Shown here in pieces: positions 52,947 to 64,000 of a stretch of 64,000 nucleotides of DNA. Source of the DNA: the human T2T-CHM13v2.0 reference genome, Homo sapiens. Location: NCBI RefSeq assembly GCF_009914755.1, contig NC_060925.1; one strand, 5' to 3'. A model generated the notes under the pieces. That model made no database searches. It was not told the DNA's origin and saw only the letters and a list, made by a program, of their open reading frames with translations. The position numbers and the translations under genes are program-made. The stretch's first letter is position 1. Every line of letters begins with the position of its first letter.

Positions 52947-53328
52947 TTGTATGGTTTGGCTCCATGTTCCCACCCAAATATCATATTGCATTGTAATTCC
53001 CAATGCTGGGGGGGAACCTCATGGGAGGTGATTGGATCACGGGGACAGATTTCCCCCTTGCCATTCTCACGATAGTGAGTGAGTTCTCATGAAATCCGAT
53101 GATTTAAAAGTGTGTGGCACTTCCCCCTTTATTCTCTCTCTCCTGCTCTACCATAGTAAGACATGCTCACTTCCTCTTTGCCTTCTGCCATGATTGTAAG
53201 TTTCCTGAGGCCTCCCATCCATGCTTCCTGTACAGCCTGCAGAACTGTGAGTCAATTAAACATCTTCTCTTCATATATTACCCAGTCTCAGGTAGTTCTT
53301 TATAGCAATGTGAGAACAGACTAATACA
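52947..53328 (+). mobile_element. MSTA-like MaLR solo LTR
   Basis: 'tatggtttggctc...gaacagactaataca'; 5-bp TSD accat on both sides. Confidence 0.94.
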
Positions 53329-56300
53329 ACCATGAATGTGAATTTAGGAGTTCACTTCAAGTTTCTGCTGCCCTAGGCTCATCATCATTGCCCAGTAGAC
53401 CCTGGACTCAACAAATTTCAGAGAAAATCATTAATTATACCTTTTCCTCTGCCTCTATGAGGGCCCTAGTGCTGCCATTTCAGGTCTCAAAAAAGAAGGC
53501 CTTTAAAGGAAATGTGCTATATAAAATATGAAATGACAAAGTTTAATTCTGTACTTTGAAACATGAAATAGGAGAAAGTACTGTCACAAAAATAGTGTAT
53601 GGAAGGGATTATGAGGCATAAAATATGAAACATAAACAAGAGAACAAGAAAGACTGTGAAGTCATATCCCATTGAAAACAGAGTTCATCTGAAAACTGAA
53701 AACAGAGGCCACCTCATCGTCACGAGAGCATCATGCCAGTCTGAGTCCTGGAAGTTGTAGAAATCGTGAAAAGGAACCTGGGGAGAAGAGATCAATAACT
53801 AAAATTCTGGATGGCAGATTAAAGGCTAAAGGAATTGATACTGAATTCCCCTGAAGAAGAGATATTTGGAGGGACACCATGGCATCATGGAACAGTCACT
53901 CCAGCTGTCTTCTGTGTCTACTAACAAGAATATGGATTTAACTCATGAACTAGCGTGACTTCAGCCAGATGGGAGAATTTCAGAACCATTGCATGTCTAC
54001 CTAGGCTTTTCATTCCCTGATGATATTTTAATAATGTAAGATGTCACTGGCTAGAGATATTCGGTAAAGGCATGTCCATCTCATCATGGCAGCAAAGCTT
54101 GTCCTGGGTACCCCGGCCCCAAAATTCTTTTTATAACTGCTCTCAAATGGGCTCTTTCTCCTCCATGTTGGAAAATAAGTGTTTACAAACTTCATTTATA
54201 CTGGATGCAAAAGAACAGGGTACCTTAAAGCATCACTCTTCTCAAATTTGTTTGCATTTGAATATATGCTAAAGGAATCAAGGTTGAACAGTAGAATTTT
54301 AGGAGTCAGCCAAGCAGCTGTGAGAATACTTGAATGGAATTTTAGAACTTTTCTGTGTTTTTTCTGAAAACATCCCATGCAGGCAGACATCTAGACTTAG
54401 GACCACAGAGGATGGAGAAAGAATTTTGTATTTCCATAAAAGACAAGATAAGTCATTCCCTTGGTATAGTAAATTCAGCTCATAAACATTAGTGTTAACC
54501 AACATTTACTAAACAAACTATGTGTCAAGGATTGTGCCAAGTGACGTGAGGAATAAAAAGAGAAAAAGGTCCAGCCTCTGTTTCCCAAAAGCAAACAACT
54601 TAGCAAGAAAAATAGCTCTGATCTAATGCAGGGTATGGAGAGCATTTTAATGAGAGTAAAACTGCAGAACTTAGGAAAAGAGACTAATTCCCATTAGGGA
54701 TGTTCTAATTCATCTAAAAATCTGCTAAATATAGAATTATGTGTACAAGCAAAGATCACAAATATTCAAATAATTAAGCCACAATAAAATGTATATTGAA
54801 ATAATAATAAAAACAATGAGACTTGTTTTCTGATGATTTAGAAATAACTTCAGAGTTTGACTCGCGACTCTCTTTATAACCATCAAATGTCATTGAACTG
54901 TAGACATAGGATGTATTATTGTTTAATTGAATATCCTAGTTAATAAATTCCTGTTTCATCCCTTATTTCTAGGAAACATATGCAAGCTGTAAGATGAAGG
55001 TAACTAATTTTTCTTTATTCTTTTAGAGGTTTAATGACATTTTCTGATACATATAATAGAACATGATACAAAATTCAGAAATTCCTGACTTTGGAACAAG
55101 GCAGAAAATATACAAGAATCAAGAATTGTATAAATTTTTTAAAGTGGAAAGGTCAGAGAATAGACAATTGTCAGTGGATATCTATATGAATAAAGCCTTG
55201 ATAGCACAAAAATCCTTATAATGACTTAGGTTCTATCACTACCGCACATATTTTGTAAAGGAATGTCATCTGTGACAGGCAGAGCAGTGGAGACGCCAGC
55301 TCTGATCTGGGTGGGAGGAGACCGGGTTAAAGTGCCGACGTGAAAAGTCATACCCCTTCCTAGGCTCCCCTAGCATCTCTTTTAGTTTTCAGGGTAAAAT
55401 CAAACCCACCTTCTTGGAATGTGGTAAAGAGGTATTGGATCCCCCTCCCAAGTTCTGTTCCCTATCATACCCAGAGTCTGAATCAATCTGAAAACTAGCA
55501 TCCAGGCCTCGTTATCTTTCATGTTACATCTGTTCAGAACTAAAACTTTCAGAAGCTACACAGCAAGAGGACAAGATGGAGGGAGTGGCAGCATCTGATC
55601 TTAGGACGTAAACTTGAATAAGAATTCCACACAGAAAGCAAAGGAGAAGAACTCTGGTGAGCAATGCATGGGGTAAACTGGAAAGTTTCTTGCGTTCAAG
55701 AGCCTCAGAATGTGGAAGAGCCAAACAAAGAAAACAAAATCCACATATTAAAAGAAAAGCCAAGGAAACCATCAAAAACACACAATATAAAATAACAAAA
55801 GACCAAACATATTGGTACTGTAATCCCAGAAGGTACAATTCTCTTATTAAAACACTGTAATTCTCAGACAGTTTGCTATTTAAAAAAACAAAAATAGAAG
55901 CAAAATTTAACTACCTTTGGCTTAATAAAAATGAGAAACAAAAGAGCAAAAGAGACCCACGCAAGGTAGGGGATCTGCTTCAAGTTCAATGCTTAAAGAT
56001 TAGTACTGGGATGGATCTCCCCACCACAATCTTGTAACAGTTGTTAGTTAAGTGACTACCCGCTATGTCTACATCACATCCATTAGGGGAAGGACCCCAA
56101 ATTATCATAACAAAATGTGGTTAGAGATTGATACTAAAACAATGGGTAGAGACAACCGCAAAATACCATAGACAGACAGAGGTGAACAAAAGAAGGAAGG
56201 TAAGATCACAAATGCCAATAGCTCAGACTAAAACACCGGACACAGACACACCTGGGGCAAATTAAAGAAGGTTTTTTTTTTTATCAAGAAGATTTAAAAG

Positions 56301-57049
56301 GAAGTCACTACAGTTAGGATACTCAATATTTTCAGATGATAGACAAAGGTGTCAGTTTCCAAGTCCCCCAGAAAGACCTCATCAGAAGTTTATAGTGACA
56401 GATGATAAGACTACAGGAGTGAGGATCCCATCATACATTCTAGAAGTTTGATGATCCATTTCCAATCTCAGCCTTATAATAATATCAGGCTAGTGTATAT
56501 GAAATAAATACATTTGGGGCATTTTTTTTTACCCTACACAATTATTAAACTTAATAGATAAGGTGAGGGCAGATCAGCATGTAAGCCAGTCTGGATGAAT
56601 GCTGGAGACCATCGCATCTGAGTAAGAAGGTTCCATTCAATCAGTGTTATTCAACGTACAACATCACTAGGGTGTGTTATACTACTAGATGTGGCCACAG
56701 ACCTCATTTTTTACACTCAGTTTTCCTTGGCCAATGGAGTCTGGTCCAAGCATTTCCTGCATAATTAAGACAAGATAAGATACACAGATGTCTCCGCATG
56801 TACTCAATAGTACCTAATGTTATGAGATTTTCCCAAAAGTGAAAAAAAGATATTATATGTGTGTACTATTTCAATTTTGGACAAGAAATATACATATTTG
56901 CATAGAAAAGGAACTAAAAGAAAATGCACTAGGTTGTAGTAACATAACAAATGAATTCTACTTTCATCTTTTAGTGTTATTGGTGTTCACAAATTGTTAA
57001 AATGATTGTACATTCATCTTATGATCAGAAAGAATCAATATCTTGTGAA

Positions 57050-57570
57050 AACTACTCTCACAGTAATGTGGAGGGGGATGTGAAGGGTCAAGAAGAACAG
57101 TTAGGAGACTGCAGATGTCAAGACAGTAGTATGATAAGGGCCAGGACAGAATTAAAGGATTTAGGAGTTATTAAAAGGGTACAAAGACTTGGGGACTTAT
57201 TTTATGTAGAAGATGAATATAAGTCCCCTGGCTTGGGAAGATGTGTAGAAGGCAGAAACATTAATTAGGGGTATATATGTTGTTGAGAAGGAATGTCCCA
57301 GAAAAATGGTACGTTTGATATTTGGCATGTGTTTGGTTTGAGCTGCCTTGAGAAAGGCAGGTGGAGATGCCAAGTAAATATTATGAGAGGGAAAGATCGA
57401 GAGGGAGGGAAGGAGGAAAGGAAGAAGGGAGGGAGAGACAGAAGGACAATGGAAAGATAGACATGAAACAGGGGCTTACAACATAGATGTAGGCTGAAGA
57501 TACTGTTTGGCAGTAGCACTATATAAACACTATTGACTCTGTGTAGACCGATGTGGTCACAGTGGAAGGT
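57050..57570 (-). mobile_element. L2 fragment with GA-rich insertion
   Basis: 'gaacagttaggagactg', 'tttggcatgt...gtttgag', 'gtggagatgccaagta'. Confidence 0.55.
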
Positions 57571-57605
57571 TTATGATTATATAGGCTTATTTTCTTCTTC
57601 TATGA

Positions 57606-57826
57606 CAGGGTTTCTCAGCCTCAGCATGACTGATTTGGGGGTGGGATAATTCTTTGTAGTGGGAGACTGCCCTGTGCATTTGTAGGATGTTTAGCAACAT
57701 CCCTGGCCTCTATCTACTAGATGTCAGTAGCACCAACCTTCCCTTTCAGTTGTGACCAACAATGTCTCGGGAGATAGCCAAATGTTCCTGGGGGTTAAAC
57801 ATCACTTCCAGTTGAGAACCACACTG
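57606..57826 (+). mobile_element. MER20 (hAT-Charlie)
   Basis: 'tttctcagcctcagca...ggataattctttgt...gtaggatgtttagcaacatccctggcctcta...gttgagaaccac'. Confidence 0.93.
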
Positions 57827-57899
57827 TTCTAGTGCATAATGGCAATGGGGCATGATGTCATTCAATTTAAGAGGAATCTATGTATTCAGATTAAGATTT

Positions 57900-58230
57900 T
57901 CCAGTAAAGATTTTTATTGGGTTAATATGTGTCAGAAATTGTATTAAGTACTAAAAATACAAAAGTGAATAAAATATGGACCAGGTCCTTATGCAGTCCA
58001 TTATCCAATGAGGGATAGAGACAGATAAACAAATAGTTACAATGTTTTATTCAAATTGCTACAGTTTTAGCAAGCACAAAATACTCTGGTAGCAAAATAG
58101 GGAATGCTAATGTGACAGAGGAAAAAAAGAGTCAAAGAGAAAGTGACATTTAAGTTGGGTCTTGAAAGGTAAGTATGACATCACCAAGTGAAAATGATAG
58201 AGTCAGGCATTCCAAGAAATTTATGTGCAG
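57900..58230 (-). mobile_element. L2 fragment
   Basis: 'atgtgtcag...aaagtgaataaaat', 'gtgacatttaagttgggtcttgaa', 'ggcattcca'. Confidence 0.6.
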
Positions 58231-59214
58231 AGAGGGTAGTGAGTGAGGAAAGTGGAAGAGAGTGCTACAACACCGCTCTATTTCACACCCTTGAAAATTG
58301 ACATTGTTTCCATTTTTACTCCACTAGTGCTTTGATATAATCTCCAAAGAACTTACAATGGCCCAGGATCTATGTTGAGACATTTTTTGTTTTGTTTTGC
58401 TCATTGATGATTCCTGTCTGAGCAACAACATCCCACTTATACGAAACCAGCACCCAACGTGAAATGCACATTTTGCCAAATGTAAAAAAAGTGATACTAA
58501 CTGTGCTGGGCAAAAGAACAGAACTTGTCTTTATATTTACTCTAGTTCCCACGTATTGCCAAGAGCACTTAAATTGACCTCATATGGGGCCATTAAAAAG
58601 GGTTTTCATCCAGCTGGCTGGCTTCCCAGTCAATACCTCAGGAACAACAGGGCTTCTCCCCTGCCTCACCAGGTAACCCCTCAGTGAGACTAATTAGATT
58701 TTTTTTCCCCAAAAACATCCAGGCTATTGATTTGAGAATTGAAAATAATATTGATGCAGAGTAGGCAGTTAAAGTTGAATAAGAATTAACTACAGAATTT
58801 TTTATACTAAGAAAAATATGAAATGTCTATAATTTTTACTGTTATAAGAATTTCAATTTTAAAAGATTCTTATGATGTAAACCCTTTTGAAAAAATCTGG
58901 GCTTTCTAAATCAAAGAAATGACACGATAATTTTGCCAAGTGCCTTAAAATTTAGATTGTCTTAATACATTGAGGGTTTTTGTGTGTCTCTGAAAACAAA
59001 GACTACAATGTCCTTCGGATGACATCTATTTATGTGAAGTTTATTAATCATAATCTCCTAATAGCATTACCATTTTCTCTGCCTTTACTATGTATATACT
59101 CATTCATTCATTCATTCAACATTTTCTAAATACTGATGATGCACAAGGCTGTGTACAAATATATAGATGCTTCTCAGTCAAAGATGTTGAAATTAAAAAA
59201 AAAAAACAACTAAG

Positions 59215-59385
59215 AGCATAGTTAGTCCTGCCCTTGTGACAGGCACTGTGCTAATGTTTTATGTGCCTTATCTCATTTAATTCCCCCTCCCTAGGTAACA
59301 GGTATTATACTTATCTCCATTTTATAAAAGAGTAACTGGAGAGTTTCAGTAACTTGCCCAAGAACACACAGTTAAGGATGACTTA
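59215..59385 (-). mobile_element. MIR
   Basis: 'aggcactgtgcta...tctcatttaat...tccattttata...gtaacttgcccaag'. Confidence 0.75.
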
Positions 59386-59448
59386 GAGATTGGCCTACCT
59401 GTCCTCTTTCCTCTCTCTCTAGTTCCTGAGAGTAGAGATGCCCATTTC

Positions 59449-59965
<517 letters not shown>

Positions 59966-60202
59966 TGATGCTGTGTCAGTCCACATCCAATTCTACTTTT
60001 GTCTGAGTTTACCCTTTTATAGTACTTGTTCAGAAATGTTGGTACTCACTTGATCCTCAGCTTTGTCTGTCTAGAATCTCTCCCTGTTGCATACTTTTAA
60101 ATACGATCTTATGTTTTTTATTTTCCACATTTAGATTTCCATGCAGACTTCTCTGTGCTTCAGATTCATAGTTCAACTGCCAACTTTAAGTCTCCAGTTG
60201 GA

Positions 60203-60615
60203 TGTGGTGGTTTCTAGCACTCATCAAATCCATCTCCTTTTCCTATGTGGGCATAAAACTCGATCATATTTCCCAGGCAGGGGTGACCATGGGGCTGTGT
60301 TTTATCTAACAGAATCCAAACACTAGTGATGTGTGTGCCGTTTCCAGTCCTAACCCATGAAAACCTTCCATGCCCACTGCTTCATGCTATTGTTTCTCTT
60401 CCTTCTGGTAGAATGGAGACGATCCCAGGGCGACAGTTAAAATCACATGTGGCCATAGTTTCTGTCAGTCTGAATCTCTGAACAACTAGACAGAAGAAAG
60501 CTGCCTTGCTAATCTATTTGTCCCTATGTTACAGGAGTAAAAAAGTATTCTTCAAGCTAATATGCATTCTGTATCTGTTTGCCAATTAGAAAGGCAGGTA
60601 GCCCTTCATACTAAC
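60203..60615 (+). mobile_element. MLT1 (H/I-like) LTR within L2 remnants
   Basis: 'tgtggtgg...catatttcccaggc...ccatgg...agtgatgtgtg...ttcca'. Confidence 0.6.
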
Positions 60616-60656
60616 AAAGTAATGGCAAAACTGCAATTACTTTTGCACCAACCTAA
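60616..60656. mobile_element. Half MADE1 (single TIR)
   Basis: aaagtaatggcaaaactgcaattacttttgcaccaacctaa|ta. Confidence 0.92.
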
Positions 60657-61363
60657 TAGTTGTCTCATAGACTGCTCAAGCTTAACATGATTTCTGTCAA
60701 AACCTGTCCTCAATCGCCTTCCTTTATTTAGAAAATGACACTTTCTTCTACCAGGTCTCAAAGATCACAAACCTGGGAGTTATTGATTTCTTCTCTTTCT
60801 TCATCCTTTACATGCAAACCAAGCAAACTATATACCAAAATGCATCACAAATCTATCCACTCTTTCTATCTCTCCTACCAACTCTCTAATCCAAACTACC
60901 ATATTGTTTGTCTGGATTGTGACAATAGCTTTCTAATTTTTTTCCCTATCTTCTTCAATTCAGGACTGCAAGATAAAGTTTTAGGGATTTAAAGAAAACA
61001 GTACATATTACCATGAGTTATGAGGGTCCAACGAGTTATAAGGTTCCAGGAAAACTTTGTGAAGGAGATTTGCATGATAGATAGGATAGTAATATAACAG
61101 TGGCAATGCCAGGGAAGGTGTGCAAGGTAAGGCAATACACAGGCAATGCACAGGAACTACAATAAAACAGGCACTGCTGGGTGCCACTGAGGACCAGGTT
61201 ACTGCATCCCTCCCCACTATATAAGGAGTTTGACTCTTATTAGAAACAATTTGAGTGAATATGTTTATTCCTGAGTTCTCCTGTCTTAAAATTATCAATG
61301 TTCAACTTACAACCAGTCGATCTACAAGAGTAACATAAGAATAATTTTATTTAAAACCAAAAA

Positions 61364-63121
<1,758 letters not shown>

Positions 63122-63661
63122 GACCACCTTAATAATCAGTAGGAATTACTGAATATGACAGCAGTATAGATCAAAAATCTAAAAAGAAAGGGATTAACCA
63201 CACATGCATAACTACATATTCTATTTATTTTCATAAGAAAACCTGATAATTTTAATTTTCTTTAAAAAAATCACATCTACCATTTTCCCTGATGTGCGTC
63301 ATCTGGGAATAGTATATGTCATAACAAAATTAAGCAATATCACGTTTCTAAGTAGGCAGTGACATAATAATATAGATGACTTAAAAACAGGCACAAAATC
63401 TAATAGTGAGTTGAGACATGGGTAAGTTAGAAAACTTTAGTTTACAGAGCACTCTCTCAAATACACACAATATTAAAATTTTATTTTAACATTTAAAAGA
63501 GGGAATGAAAAGTAAGGAAATAAGGGAGGCAATCTGATATTATGTAAGTACTCTTAGCATGAAATTCCAAAGATCTATGTTCAAGCCCCAACATTAATGA
63601 TAATTATGGAAAATTTTTTAACATCTCTGTAAAATTATTGGGTTGAACAGTATATTAATCA

Positions 63662-63975
<314 letters not shown>

Positions 63976-64000
63976 GTTGTACAACTGTGATTAAAAAAAG

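Overview
Primate (very likely human or another catarrhine) non-coding nuclear DNA: AT-rich, CpG-depleted, no CpG island, and about half recognisable interspersed repeats. These include 17 Alu/FLAM copies (AluJ/S/Y), old L1ME to L1PA fragments, L2, MIR, ERVL/MaLR solo LTRs (LTR33, MLT1, MSTA, THE1) and many DNA transposons (near full-length Tigger1, Charlie1, MER63, MER1B, MER3, MER20, MER53, MER58C, three MADE1). I cannot support any intact protein-coding gene, RNA gene, CRISPR array or prokaryote-type system. The listed ORFs are Alu/L1/transposase remnants, low-complexity sequence or chance ORFs. The locus looks intronic or intergenic and I cannot name it. The most notable unexplained structures are: a perfect 23-bp palindrome with an adjacent 10-bp hairpin (12.3 kb); a ~120-bp scrambled, locally templated array inside Charlie1 (31.8 kb); a MADE1 forming a 46-bp strand-biased miR-548-like hairpin (29.1 kb); and several smaller template-switch or duplication scars. 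Repeat family names come from recalled consensus sequences, and boundaries of old elements are approximate until checked with RepeatMasker/Dfam.
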